A stretch of 64,000 nt of DNA from Podarcis pityusensis (taxonomy: Eukaryota), in NCBI GenBank assembly GCA_964106645.2, contig OZ067052.1, one strand, 5' to 3'. The notes beneath the pieces are model-generated. The model had not been told where the DNA came from. It did no database searches and saw only the letters and a program-made list of their open reading frames with translations. Numbering within the stretch: the first letter of the stretch is position 1; each line of letters starts with the position of its first letter. Below, piece by piece: positions 23,295 to 37,366 of the stretch. The position numbers and the translations under genes were made by a program.

Positions 23295-26098
23295 TGAACA
23301 CATGACAAAGTGTCTGCAGAGTCTAGTCTGATTTTTTAAAGTAAATATTGGTGCATGAGGGTGCGCCAAGAATTTCTTTGCTTGGGAATTTGGCTTCCTC
23401 CTTTGAACTGGCCAAAAAGTAGCTGGCCAGTTCTAGCATGGTCTGAATTTCTATTCTGTGGCCCAGAGAAAGGAGTTGGGGAGGAAGCAAGTGAACGACA
23501 CCCACAGACAGTATCGACAGAATCAAGGAGGCTGATTAAGGGACATGATCCAGCAAAATGCCCTCTTCATTGCAGCCCACTGTTTGTAGAGTTGTGTGCT
23601 TGCTGAACAGCAGCCTCAATCAGCTGCCTATGTAAGAATTCAATCAGTGCTAATCTAACACAATGCACCACCTGCTCCCCAGCTGATTTCTAGTGTTCTT
23701 CAATCAAAAGGAGGGGAGGGGGGAGGCAAGTAAAGAGTTTATTGCCAGCAGTGTTAGCAGACCTGAAATTCAAGAACCTAGAGCCCTCTAGTCCTTGTGT
23801 TGTTTTTTTTATATATATAAATTGTCTTCAGTCTTTGAAGCGGGGAGGGAGTGGGAAGAAAGAAATAAGAAGATGGAGAGAGAAGATTCAGTGCTGTTGC
23901 AACTCGCTCTGTAATTAAGTGCCAGTAATTAACATGTGTTAATAGTAGGCTATGGCCACAATGAATCAGGCATCTCACCACAAAATGTGTTTTTCCTTCC
24001 CCTGTTAGGCAGAAATGCTGCCTCAAACTCACCAAAGCAAGCACAGCCCATGGCACATGGGTGCTAGAGATGAACATTTTACCAGCGCCTTTATATTTCC
24101 GCAGAAAATCTTCCATTTCATCAGTTCATTAGTCACAATGAATGGATAGCCATTACAAAAAAGTATCAGGCAAGCTTGGGAGTTTAAAAGTTTTTAGCTT
24201 TCTTTGCTAACTGCAAGTAGAATAAACATGGTAATTTAGATCACACTCTAGGGCATCAGAGAAGTTTCCAATGCAAACTGAGGTCACAAAATACAATAAT
24301 TTGTTCAGGAAATTGCTGCAAGGTATTTTCCAGTTCAAAATGTCCTAGGAAACATGGGGCACTGCAACATGCCCACATTCCACACACAGCACAGGTAGAG
24401 AATCTGCGGCCTAAGGGGCTGTGTGAAACTGCCCACTTCCTTCAATGTGGCCAAAGGAGGAAGAATGAATGGAGGAGAATGGATGGTGGATGAATGAAGG
24501 GGTTGGAGATTTGGTGCTTGTGCATGCGTATTTGCAAATATGTCTGTGAATGTATGTGTGTGAATAATAAGAGAAACAGAAGGGGTGTCCTACCCACTTT
24601 TTGCTTTAGAGTCACCCATAGCCCCTGAGCACTTACACCAAGGGAACACAGTCCTCAGCCCACTCCTGGCGTACAGATTCTGACTAGACTTTCAGTGTAA
24701 AGTGCAAATTATGCAGGCATGCATTAAAAGCTGAACCTCACTGAATTTATCCCCCATCCCTCAGTGGCAGCTGGGGCCAGGACAACAAGTGAGTAGGCTC
24801 CACTGAACAGAATGGAACTTACTTTCAAATAAACGTGTATAAGATTGCACTGTTAGGGCCACTTCAAACTATTCTGATCCCTTTGCTACCATTCCTAGTC
24901 AACTGTGTTCCTTTGATCAATGTTTGAAGCTTGTTGTATAAATACACCTGTGGTTGCCTTCAAGAGCTGAACTCGACTTGAATAGAAGAGAAGGCCGAAA
25001 TCTTTTTGATCATAGGTAGAAGTTGCAGATGTTTACTCTTCCATATACTTTTCCCCCATACACCACTGGAAGAGAATTCCTCTGCAGTTGAGCAGCTTGA
25101 TCCTGCCACAGTTAAGCACTCACCACTGATTTCATCTAGTTAATTGTTCTCTCTCTCTCTCACTGAAATAACTAGCACTTAATAATGTTCAGCTTTGGTC
25201 AGGCAGTGCCCAGTTGTTACAAAAGCATCATATTCTCATTTGTATTGAATAATGTGGAATTTTGTTTTAGTATGCAAACACCAACATGGAACTCTGTCTG
25301 TGTGTCAATGGATTAGGGAAAGTGACTTGGTTGGGTGAATGGATACAGAAAAACAATGTGTGGGGAAAGGGTCCAGCGCCTTCTTCTCGACTGCTTCTCT
25401 CCTGCAAATTCCCCTCCTCAAAGCTGCTTTCCCTACAAGATGTGGCTTCACATCACATTTATATGTACCACACAGTTTGGCTCTTAATAGGGTTCAGCTC
25501 ATACTTCCCCTTCCTACCCATCTCCAATTATTGCCAAAGATGTATTTCATATAAGGATCCCAAGTTCCAATCTCTGCAACTCTTAAATGAAATGGAGAAG
25601 TTTCAGCCATCGGGGGAATGAGTCTCAGGGTCTTGGCAGCATGCCCAGAAGGATTATTATACAGCAGGTTGGGTTCTGTAGTAATTATCTCCCAAACAGC
25701 TGGACTAGTTGGATAAACTCTCTGTATCTTAATACATGATGCAAGAACAGCCATGGAGAATTAAACTGCAATTGTAGATTGTCTGGGCAGATAGGCAGAA
25801 GTAGAAGCATAGATAGAAGTTTCCCTAAGCTTCAAACTTATGAGTAGCTGGGAGCATCCCGCTTCTAGATCCATTGAAAACACCCTGAAACTCCATGCTG
25901 TACTTCCCCTCCTCTGCACTTTCTGCTTCTCCCTTTATTGCTCCATATGTTTATTGCCTGCCACAAATGAAGAACTTCAACATTCAAAAATGTACATATC
26001 TTTGTTTCTGTCTTTTGGTGGTCTGAATCACAAGACGAGCCTGCTCTATCATGACAAAGGCCCATCGAGACAAGCAGCATGTTCTCACAGTGGCCAAC

Positions 26099-26100
<2 letters not shown>

Positions 26101-26148
<48 letters not shown>
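26101..26148. repeat. (AAT)16 microsatellite at an L2-type tail
   Basis: Perfect trinucleotide run followed by tttatttataccccgccc. Confidence 0.95.
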
Positions 26149-26904
26149 TTTTATTTATACCCCGCCCTTCCCAGCCAAGGCCGGGCTAGGACATGAGAGT
26201 GATGATCAATTCAATTTGTAACCTCCCAGTACTATACCATCACGTCCCAGGGCAGGTTATAGCAATCTGAAATCCAGTATTTCAAGTGCTTAAAACAAAT
26301 TACAGTGACAGGAATAGGGTAAGCCCTAAAGACATAGTTATCAGATGTCAAAGATGCCCACAGGATGCCCACCAGAAGGACCCAAGCACAACTGTTCTCT
26401 CCCCACCTGTAATCCTAGTAGCTATTTATTTATTTTTTCTTTGTGAGCTACAAAACTCTACAATCCAAAGAGAAAGGGTCAATGGCTGAGCAGAAGAGAG
26501 CTAAAGAACTACATTTCCAAAGCATGTCTAAACTGGACTCATGAATTCAAAGTCTGAGCATTGGCATTTCCTACTACTATTACTTCACCAGCCCCAGAGT
26601 TCCTACAATTTGTGTTCAGAGATGTGCAGTGTGATGCCAGCATGATGACAAAACAGCAGAAGGCAAATGTTTACTTGGTTTTCCCGCCTCCGCCTGGCTC
26701 ATCTGTAAGATTTGCAGGTTTGCATAACACAAAGTTTGAGTTTTTAATTAAAGCCAGATAAACGGAAGCATTTTTAGAGCTGTTTGCCATGAGGCATATG
26801 GTTGTTGGTGGCCAAGAGAAGCCAGGATAAAGGGTATTCCGATTCACATTATTAATTGCATTTACATCTTGCCTTCCTTCCATGATGGGAGTCAGGACAG
26901 AGAG

Positions 26905-27097
26905 CGGTTGCAGTCCAGTTTTATACCTCATGCATTGCATGCCAAAGGACAGAAGTTCCAGCCTTGTATCTCTAGACACATCTAGGAAAGGCTCCTAGTC
27001 TGAACCCTGGAGAGCTACTATTAGTCAGACTAGACAATAGTGGACTAGATGGACCAGTGTTTTGACTCTGCACAAAGCAGCTTCCTACATATGTTCC
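26905..27097 (+). mobile_element. tRNA-derived SINE with CR1-like tail (diverged)
   Basis: Body and tail (gactagatggaccag...gcagcttcctac...atgttcc) match other copies. Confidence 0.65.
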
Positions 27098-27099
27098 CA

Positions 27100-27303
27100 T
27101 TTATTTTATTTTTATTTCTTGCATTTATAGCCTACCTTTTCCCTTCCTCATTAAATCTCCACAACCACCTTATGAGGTAGCTTAGGATGAGAGGTGGTGA
27201 TTGGCTCAAGCTCACTCAGAGCTTCATGGCTGAGAAGGGAATTTGAACCCTGGTCTCTCATGTCCTAGTCCAACTCTCTAACCACTACACTACACTGGCT
27301 CTC
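27100..27303 (-). mobile_element. Squam3-like SINE
   Basis: Reverse complement begins gagagccagtgtagtgtagtggttagag with a B box; AT-rich tail. Confidence 0.8.
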
Positions 27304-29977
27304 AATGCACTTGGGGTTCCCAGGCAGTCTCCTATTCAGGCACATCCTAGACCCTGTAGCTTTAGCAAGGATGTTGTGTTGTGTTATTTCATTCTTTGAT
27401 CAGCAATACGGGAACCTGAAAGTTACTATTTTATCAAAATTCCCCAGATGTAACATCACTCCAGGGCATTGTGGGAAACTAAAAAGGCAGAACTCAACTA
27501 CCATATTGCTGACTGAAGAACCATAAAATCTTGGCCTTTGAGTAAGCATCAATGTTGGGTCCTGTTGGAGTTCTGGTGCCTCCTAGCAGCTGCCCATTGC
27601 TGCCATCCCTGACAGCTGTTGTTGTTGTTGTCATCATCATAATATGTTTACAGTATATCCCATCTTTTCCCCTGATGGAATTTTAAGGCTTACAGATAAA
27701 AAGAACCACTTAAAACATTGGGGGGACGGACGGACAATTAAACATGGATAGAATCAAAACTCTCCCTCTTTCTCTCTCTCATATATCTGTTAAAACCATA
27801 CCAACAATTACAATAAAAAAACACAGCCCCAGCACTTACATTAAAAGCAGCCAGTTCCCAAAAGCCTGTTCCCAAAAGTCTTCACCTGCTAGCACAAAGG
27901 TGAAGAAGGGAGCCAGTCTAGCTTCTCTAGTAAATGAACGCCAAAGGATAAGAACAGGTAAGCCCAAAATTAAATCAGGTTGGATTCAGAGAGATATACT
28001 TGATTACTATAACATGCTCTGCATGGGGCTACTCTTGTATCTGGTGTGGAAGATGCAGCTAGTGCAGTGTGAATTTCTTTTTAACAAGCAATATTTATCA
28101 CTGTTTTTACAAATTATTACTTTTTATATAAAAATGTTCTTATTGTAATTTTGTACGATGTGCTACACCTTGCTGTATTTCTATGAAAGTTCAGTTTATA
28201 AATAAATAAAATGCTCTCTGGAAATAAGAGTTTTCATCAACATATAAACCGCTGTGCCTGCACACTTCTTCCCCCTGTTAATATAGAGTAGATCCACCAT
28301 TGGGAGTCACAGGGCAGAAGACAGGGAGAATCATAGTAGGTGGTGCCAGAGCACCATCTCCCTCCCTGCTGAGCTTTACAAGGGCAACACTAAGGAAGCT
28401 GACAGGCAGTGCCAGCCCCGTAGACGGGTTTTAAGAAAGAAGGCAGGTAGGGAGGGAGGAGGGTAGGAGGGGCTAACTGACTGCAGAGTGATATTAATGT
28501 GGCCCTTTATAAAAGCCAGAACTTACAAAAGAGTGAAGGCAGTGTGAACTTGTAGCAGTTGAAGATTATCAACTGCCTCCCAGGCACTCTGGTTGAAGAT
28601 GGCTGGATTCTAGCCCTTAGTTGGATGCTCTCAATGAGCCCCTCCCCCTTCCCCATTCTTGTGCTCTTCTTACATGGTGCTGTAATTGATGATTGCGACA
28701 CTTTGTAGACATCCTCTTTGGCTAAACAGATTTTTTTTTCTTTTCTAGTTCCAGATTGGCACAAATTGACAAAATTCAATTCGAGTCCACCAGACCCATT
28801 CTGTAGTAATTTGTAGCTGCCTGATCCAAATTTGGTACAAATCTGCCTAATTCACTTTGGGATTTTGACAAATCAGTTGCACTGCCCTAGTTGGATTGCA
28901 TGACACCAATGGCAGGGCTAGTGAGAATGGCTGCTGCTCCCCACTCTTGTGTTGATCAAACATGTGAGTAGTTCTCCTGAACAGGGCTCAAGGGGGATGG
29001 AACATTTGTTCATAGCACTTCCTATTTTGGTTATGCAAGAGAAAATCAAAGAAAGTCCCTATGTTTGTTGAAAACGGGGGTAAACACGTCATTCCAATAC
29101 ACAGGGAAGAGGAAAGGCACTTGATTCAATTTTCTTAAGAAGGCAGAGCAATGGAATTACTATCCAAGCTTCCCGCAGGCAGAAGCAATAACCTATAAAG
29201 AAGAAGGGAACTCTGTCGCAGGATGATGAAGCCATATTTTATGGGAAGTGTTATGAAGCATCCCTGCCAAATGAGAAATCTGTAAATTACCTGGGTAAGC
29301 AATCAGCCCAAGATTATAATTGCCAATTTGCAAAAATTTCACCAACAATTAAGCAAAATAAAATAACCCACCAGAGGAAATTTAATGCCTGACATTTCGG
29401 CACCTCCCCCAACTCGCCTAGATTCAGCACACATATTTTATTTCTCCTGGTGCAATTAAAGACAAAATTTTCATTCACAAGACAGTAAAAGAAGTAGTGG
29501 CCACCTCAGCAGATTTCTGTTTTAAGGCAGTGGTGGGGTGGGGGGAGGGTGGGTGATGGCTCCACCGAGTATCACCCTGGCAGATCCCAATTGGAGTATA
29601 TGCCTAAAACATTAAACCACTGGGAGTTGAAGAGGATACAGCCACTGTGCCCACTGCCCCATTCCTTTACTGACTCACTTGTCACCCACCTCAACCATTT
29701 GCTTAGTAAGCAAATTTTTAAGTGTTTGGGGTTTCTTGTTTATCCCAAACCTGGAAGAGGAGGAGAGTGAGTGAAGCAGCTCATAAATTGATGGATGGGT
29801 TAGGAGATCCATTGGCTGAATCCTCTTCCACTGGCTAGGCAATGTCAACAGGTCTACTCAGAGTACAGAGTACATCTAGCACTGGATACAATTCATTTAT
29901 ATATATTTCTGTAACGAATCGCTTCCCATAAGATGCCACAAAGCAATTTACAATATCATATGTATATAAAAACCCTA

Positions 29978-30338
29978 GGGATGCAGATGGCGCTGTGGTC
30001 TAAACCACTGAGCCTCTTGGGCTTGCCGATCAGAAGGTTGGCGGTTCGAATCCCCATAACGGGGTGAGCTCCCGTTGCTTGGTCCCAGCTCCTGCCAACC
30101 TAGCAGTTCAAAAGCACATCAAAGTGCAAGTAGATAAATAGGTACCGCTCCGGGGGAAGGTAAACGGCGTTTCCATGTGCTGCTCTGGTTTTGCCAGAAG
30201 CGACATAGTCATGCTGGCCACATGACCCAGAAAAACTGTCTGCGGACAAACGCCGGCTCCCTCGGCCTGAAAAGTGAGATGAGCGCTGCAACCCCAGAGT
30301 CATTCGCAACTGGACTTGTCAGGGGTCCTTTACCTTTT
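29978..30338 (+). mobile_element. Full-length Sauria SINE
   Basis: gggatgcagatggcgctgtgg head, ggttcgaatccc B box, ccaacctagcagttc core, BovB-like tail ending ACCTTT; flanked by the direct repeat tatataaaaac. Confidence 0.92.
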
Positions 30339-30579
30339 ATATATAAAAACAGTTAAAACCATTGCATATTTAAAAACAATTCAAAAAACAATTAATTATT
30401 ATTATTTTCAAAGAAACAATTTAAAGCAACATCAGCATATACATAATATAAATTCAAACCCAAATTAAAGATAGCAGCTAGGATAAAGTTTTCAACTTAG
30501 AAGATTTGTTGAAAGAGGATGGCTTCAAAAGGCATCGAACAGACAATAAAAAGGTGCATGGACACAGTGCCTGGCAGTA

Positions 30580-30860
30580 TGTTCCATTTTCATGACTCAC
30601 TGTTGAGTTCCACATTGTATTTGAGCTTTCACACAACCAAAAGCCACTTCTAGAACTATCAAGGAATATAGTGCAAGTTTAGTGCTCATTTCTGTGTTAT
30701 TTGCTTCTAGAAACAATCTGTTTGCAAATAATATAGAAATGAGTACTAAAATTCCACTAAATTCCACTTTGCTTCCAAAAGTGGCTTTTACGCCATGTAA
30801 AAGCTCAAATATAATGTGGAAATTAGCAGTTAGGGAAGTGGAATAAAGTGAGATGTGAAT
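30580..30860. repeat. Long inverted repeat (foldback MITE), arms ~110 bp
   Basis: 30596-30704 is the near reverse complement of 30724-30833. Confidence 0.85.
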
Positions 30861-31743
30861 GGTGCCACATAGAATCTTCCTAGATATTAGAAGAACCCTG
30901 GTCTGTTTTGCTTTTTTTTTTTTACACCAGCTTTATTTGATATTCTTTTATTTCTCCTGAAATTCTTCAGGTAAAATTTCTATGAATGAGAAACCTCCAA
31001 ATTCACCCCATTATTTTCACTTCAGGCAAAAATCTGGTAGTACTGCTAGACCAAAGTCTTAGTTTTGCCCACTGTGTGGGGAGTTTCATTACCAGCCTTA
31101 GATATCAAGCAGGGCACTCAGTGTGGGCAGGAGGAAAGCCCAGGGAATGCAGTTCTGTGAAGCATTAAGGTTTTTGCTGGGTCTCTGGCTGAGGCGTTCA
31201 CCACACAGATGTACAGTACATGATCACTCACTCCTCTTACCAGGGTGAGGGTGGGGAAGAATGGTTCCCTCAGAAATCTCCCTTTGTAACCTCCCAAATC
31301 ATCTTGAAATATCAGTTTAGGAAGCAACAACTCTGAACCAAAATGCAGATCCAAGACTGTGGTTCAGAAAGGGTCTTTGTATAATCTTCTATGCCTCTTT
31401 AGTGATGTCTATGCAACACATTTGAGAACCACAGTTAAGGCAAAGGGGAAAGTCTTTGTGAGGTAGCTTTTATGCTTTCCCATTCTCTTCTGAAAACAAC
31501 TATATTTCTCCCCTTCTACTGAATTTAGTGCCTTATCGTTCCAGGATATACTGGAAGAATTATTCATTCAATTTGTAAAACCAAATCTGTGAATTTTCTG
31601 GGTATCTAGCAATGGGCAATCTGGATGTGTGTCCACATAAATGAACAAGTTCATCTAATTAGGGGGTTTATTTGTTTGAGTTGTACATGAATATACCAAA
31701 TTACATTATCAGATCATAGTCCTGCTTCTGATTTATTCTTTCT

Positions 31744-31952
31744 NNNNNNNNNNNNNNNNNNNNNNNNNNNNNNNNNNNNNNNNNNNNNNNNNNNNNNNNN
31801 NNNNNNNNNNNNNNNNNNNNNNNNNNNNNNNNNNNNNNNNNNNNNNNNNNNNNNNNNNNNNNNNNNNNNNNNNNNNNNNNNNNNNNNNNNNNNNNNNNNN
31901 NNNNNNNNNNNNNNNNNNNNNNNNNNNNNNNNNNNNNNNNNNNNNNNNNNNN
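31744..31952. other. Assembly gap (209 N)
   Basis: Run of N. Confidence 1.
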
Positions 31953-34587
31953 GAAATATTCACATGATAAAATATGGCCAGATAGCTATTTCCACAGGTA
32001 AAAGGAATTTGAGAAAGAAAGAGAAGTCAACTGAGCTACGGTAATGTCGTAATATCACTTGGCACTTCTGTCCGAGGATATAAAAAGCACTTTACACGAA
32101 TTAATAAATTTAAGTATTGCCTTTCTGGCTGTCCCCCACCCCTCCCACAATCATCAGAGCTCACAATTCTCAAGAAAAAGATATGATTGGCTGAAAATTC
32201 AAGAGCATTTTTAATCAATACATTTTACTTTTAACCAAAACCATTTTGTAATTTTCAGGGCATTTTTCTTTCTTCAAAACACATTTATCAAACTGTTAGC
32301 ATAAGGAGTGTATTTCCTGGGTGTAATTAAAGATGACATGTTGATTATCAAGTCAGCTTTACAAATACAAGCAGTGGCCATTTTAGACGTGTCCAATACA
32401 CACACACGTCACACTGAACTCGAAGGCTGAGTGTGTTTTGGTAGGCATGTTGCTTTGCAAAGTGACAATTAGGTATTGTTTTTTTCATAAAAATGCAAGC
32501 ACCCCTGGACAGGTCTTAAAGGTGACTGGATGTATGGACTGGAAATCAGGGCATAATAATTACTTCACCAGAAAGCTTAAGAGACTGAACTTGCAAAATA
32601 GCAAGGAGGACTGGAGAGCCAAGCTATTTACTTCATGAACATCCCTTCCCGCAAAGCACTGTGGTTACATCCAGATGACCAGTATATTAAGCATTCATTG
32701 CAACATCTGTGCACAAATTTGTGGGGAGGTTAGATCCTGCCATCTATTTTTTTAAAAAGCATTGATTCTGATTTATTTGTAGGAACATTATATGACATGG
32801 CATTATACAAATGTTATCCCAAAATATTACAACCTATGGGCAGAGCCACCATATATGCAGGTATGATTGTATTTCTAAAATAACAAATCAAACAGTGCTC
32901 CTCTAGGTCTTATCTCTCTTTTCACAGGGCCTAAATTGCTCTATGAGGACATTATTTTTCTCTTAGTGGCAGTTCAGTCAGCTAGAGCAGGGGGCTGAAA
33001 AACATTGTCTGATTTCTTGCTTACAAAACCTCATTTTGAGGTTTTTTCACAATAAAGCAGTATATAATTTTTATGAAATGAAACGAAGTGAAATAACTTG
33101 GTATAGGTGTGTTTGGCACTTAGCTTTTATGGAAAGGCTAAAGGTCAAGCCAAATCTGATGTGTTTGCTACAGTGTGATCCCTGTTTTAACCTTTTTATC
33201 ATACTTAAGTACTCAACTTGGGTCAGGGGAAACACTCCTTTTCATATTTTGCTATCCTAACGACTTGTTGCTATTCCTAAAATGTATTGAGGTACAATGA
33301 CTAATGCAAGGTTGGGTTTGATTTGTGTTGGTTTGTTTCTTGATGTTCCCTTATCACCTTGTTTTGCATTAAATCAATAAAAAAGGTTTTTTAAAAAAGT
33401 TCTCACACTTTACTGTGAATTTTCAGGAGAAGTTTGTTGTGTAAGAGCACCAAACAAAAATTAATTGTGCAACTTGGATTTGCTGATATAACTTTGAATC
33501 CCACCTGAAAGCAGCAACAATCTGGAAGTGCCTTGTGACTGGAGAACCCTGATAAAATCCTTCCCTCTGAGTATAAGCTAGATTTGTAAGTCACAAAGGC
33601 TGACATGTACCAGTTTGTGTGGGACTTGTGATCCTCATGATTGCACCCAGTGCTCTTGTTATAAAAGTTGTGGCCCCAGGATTTATTTTTAAGAATGGAA
33701 TCCAGGGTCGAAGAGGTTTATCATCTCCGTTAGAAGGCAAAGGTCACACCTTAATAAAGTTAGCATTACAGAATCAGCAATAGAAAAAGTGTCTTTGCTT
33801 TGTTTATAACAACAAATCCTTCCTTTTGCTGAGACAGTGTTTCACGCACCAAGTGGGTTATTATCCCACTTCCCTCACCCCAGCTGTATAAATATGTATC
33901 ATTTCACCAGAAAGAATGTGCCAAGCTGAACCTTCGCCTACTCAGGAACACAGTATTAAAAAGAAGATGAAGGAGCCGATGTTGGCTATTGCGTGTCAAT
34001 AATAAAACTCACACACGCACGCACATTTCTGAAGTTCATCACATTTCATTCCTGACAAGCGTGGCTTTCCAATTCATCTCTGAGATGCTGCTTCCCTCAC
34101 AGCATGAAATCTGGATCGCCAAAAAGCAATTTCAACTCGGGCACCTCGCAGTTCTTCCCAGTTTTGATGTGAAGCGAGAACCGGGAGGCCTGTCGACCGC
34201 GAGACACAGTGGGGGAAATAGCGTACAGCCTGTGAATCCTCACTCAGCCAAATCAGCGTCAACCACATCTGCTATTTATTATCACTGAATGAGATACTCA
34301 TCTGCCCCTGACAGTGTGTAACATTTCAACAAAAGTTCAGATCGGCTGTACAGAGCCTCATCCTCCCTGCCATCCCTTTCATGGAAAAAAAAAAGTGAAT
34401 TCAGAGGCTTTCATTCTCTTTCCTCTTTTTCTCAGCTTGCCCTCTGCCCTCTCCAAGAACCCGATCCTAGCAGCAAGAGCACAAAGACCATCCACGACCC
34501 ATGACTCTGACACATGGGTATTCTCAGGATATTGCACTGGTGCTCAAGGCATAATGGTCAATAAGAATGTTAAAGCATGACTGGAAC

Positions 34588-34895
34588 CAGGGCGGGATTT
34601 AGGTCTCATGAGGTAATGGGGCCCTTTATATATCCAGTTGTCCTTTGTCATAACAAATTGCTGCCGTTTTTTTGTGTTGAATATATGCTATATGGTAATT
34701 TATGGACCTAACAGGTATCTAAAGCCATTTGCCACTGTTGCTATATGTAGGTTTTATTTTATTTGTTTTTTATCTTATATTTTGGAAATGTACATCCAGG
34801 GTGTTTTTCCCCCCTTTAAATTTTTTTTTGGGGGGCCCCAAGAGAGTGGAGCCCTAAGTTATAACTTGTTTAGCTTATACGTAAATCTGGCACTG
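34588..34895. mobile_element. hAT (Tip100-like) MITE inserted in a CR1 3' tail
   Basis: TIRs CAGGGCGGGATTTA / TAAATCTGGCACTG; perfect 8-bp TSD actggaac. Confidence 0.88.
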
Positions 34896-35359
34896 ACTGG
34901 AACAGACTAAAAGGCCTATCTGGTCCAATATTCTGTTTGCCGCAGTAGCCAACCCAACACTTATGTAAAGCCCATGGGTCATTTTTTATTTTTATTTTTT
35001 TGTTGAATATATATTTCTCACGTTCCTCCAAAGGAGTGCATGGCAGCAAACAAGTAGATGCTAAAGCAATCTAAGGAATACTTAGAAAAAACAAAAAAAA
35101 ACCCAACCTTCTAAAAAAAAACCCCAGCTAAGAACTCTTGAAAGCAACCACATGTTCTCAAACTAACAATTTCAGAGTTTCCAGGGGCACACCAGAAATG
35201 TCTGCTTAAAGAGGAAAGTTTTTAAACAAATTTCTTCTAGAAGATAATAACTTTTTGAATAGGGATTGAAAGCAACATTCCTTTCCGCAACTCACTGCTA
35301 TTCAGAGAATATGCTGCCTCTGAACCTGGACACTCTATAGAGCTACTATGACCAAAAGT

Positions 35360-36498
35360 CATAGAATTCCAGAGTTGGAAGGGACCCTAAGGATCATCTA
35401 GTCCAACTAAAGCATTTATGACAGATTGCCACCCAACCTCTGCTTATAAACCTCCAAGGAAAGGGAATCTACCACCTCCCGAAGGAGTCTGTTCCATTGT
35501 TGAACAGTTCTTACCATCAGGAAGTTCTTCCTGGTGTTCAGTTGGATTATTCGTTCTTGTACCTTGAACCCATTTGGGTCCAACCCCCTAGAACAGGAGA
35601 AAAAAAATAAGCTTGTTCCTTCTTCCATGTGACAGTCCTTTATATACAGTGGTACCTCGGGTTAAGAACTTAATTCGTTCTGGAGGTCTGTTCTTAACCT
35701 GAAACTATTCTTAACCTGAGGTACCACTTTAGCTAATGGGGCCTCCCACTGCCACCACGCCACAAGCGCACAATTTCTGTTCTCATCCTGAAGCAAAGTT
35801 CTTAACCTGAGGTACTATTTCTGGGATAGCGGAGTCTGTAACCTGAAGCGTCTGTAACCTGAGGTACCACTGTATTTGGAAATGACTCTCATAATTGCTC
35901 TCAGTCTTATCTTATCCAGGCTAAACATACCCAACTCCCTCAACTATTCCTCATAAGGCTTGGTTTTCAGACTATATCATCTTGGTCGCCCTCCTTTGCA
36001 CATGTTGCAGCCGGTCAATATCCTTCTTAAACTATGGTGCTCAGAAATGGACACAGTACTCCAGGTGTGGTCTGGTCAAGGCAGAATAGAATGGTACTAT
36101 TGCTTCCATTGATCAGGACACTATACTTTTGTTGACGCAGCGTAGAATAGCATTAGCTGTTTTTTTCTTTGCTGCCACAACACACTGTTGACTCATGTTA
36201 AACTTGTGATCTATGAAGACTCATAGAACCTTTTCATGTGTACTCCTGGCAAGCCAGATTTCCCTCATCTTATATTTGTGCAACTGGTTCTTCTTGCCTA
36301 ATTGTGTTTGTCCCTATTGAAATTCATTTTGTTAGTTTTGGCCAAGTTTTCCAATCAGTTAAGGTCATCTTGAGTCCTGATTCTGTCTTCAGTGGCGTTA
36401 GCTACTACTCCCAGCTTGGAGTCACCTCCAGATTTTATGAGCATCCCCTCAAGTCCTTCATGCAAGTCATTTATAAAGGTGTTGAACAACAGTGGGCC
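35360..36498 (-). mobile_element. CR1 LINE fragment (ORF2 C-terminal part and 3' end)
   Basis: Minus-strand remnants NGFKVQERIIQLNTRKNFL...WNRLLREVVDSLSLEVYKQRL; ATTCTATG-type terminus; homologous to 52348-53000. Confidence 0.9.
35647..35872. mobile_element. Tc1/mariner (Tigger-like) MITE nested in CR1
   Basis: CAGTGGTACCTC...GAGGTACCACTG with TA TSD. Confidence 0.92.
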
Positions 36499-36942
36499 CT
36501 TGCCTCTGTATCATGAAATCCAAAACCAACAGTGGTGCCTATTTGCACAAAATGTTCATGTAGCTAGTAGCGCAGAACAGAGAAGCCTGCACAATGGCAT
36601 GGTCTTTTGAGCAACAGTTCAGTACCATGGACAACAACACGGCAGTTTTGGGAAGGGAATAAAGATATGCACCAGCATAACATCAAAGTGCTATTGCAAA
36701 CTGGTTGGCACTTTGAATGTGGGCAGGGTGGGAAAGTGCAGTTATGCTGTCATTCCATGAAAAAAAGAAAAAGAAAGAAAAAACCCTTGCCCTTGCAAAA
36801 ATTATATATCTGGCTTTTGCAAGTCAGTTTCCTGAACAAGCATTGCCACTCCTCAACAAGGCAGAAATATCCTGTCTGCAGAAATAGGATGAAAGATTTC
36901 ACACATACGCTATCATCAATTCCCTGAGCTACTCTTTGAATC

Positions 36943-37140
36943 TAGGAAGCTGCCTTATCCTGGCACTGAGTTAGGCTGTCAGCCCTTCTGACGGTGGCCA
37001 GCTGGGTCTCCTCAGGGGTTCTGCTGTGGGTTCTTGCCCAACTCTACTACTTGAGATTCTTTAGCAGCAGAAACCTGCAACAGAACCTGGGATTTATGCA
37101 TACAAAGCACATGTGATCTGCCACTGGGCTACAGCTGCCA
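36943..37140 (-). mobile_element. tRNA-derived SINE with CR1-like tail (diverged)
   Basis: taggaagctgccttat tail and ccactgggctacagc head in reverse orientation. Confidence 0.65.
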
Positions 37141-37149
37141 TACGTAAAA

Positions 37150-37366
37150 GGCAGCATAGTGTGGTGTAGTGGTCAGTGTTGGACTAGGGCTTGGGAGACC
37201 AGGATTCAAATCCCCACTTGCCCATGAAACTCATCTTGGGCAAGTTGCTGCCTCTCAGCCTAACCTACTTCACAGGGTTGTTGTGGGCATTAAATAAGGG
37301 GAGAAAACCATGTATGCCACCTTGAGCTCATTGGGGGAAAAGGTGGGATATAAATGCAATAAATAA
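37150..37366 (+). mobile_element. Squam3-like SINE
   Basis: gtgtggtgtagtgg A box, ggattcaaatccc B box, ctcagcctaacctacttcacagggttgttgtg, tail aaggtgggatataaatgcaataaataa. Confidence 0.85.
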
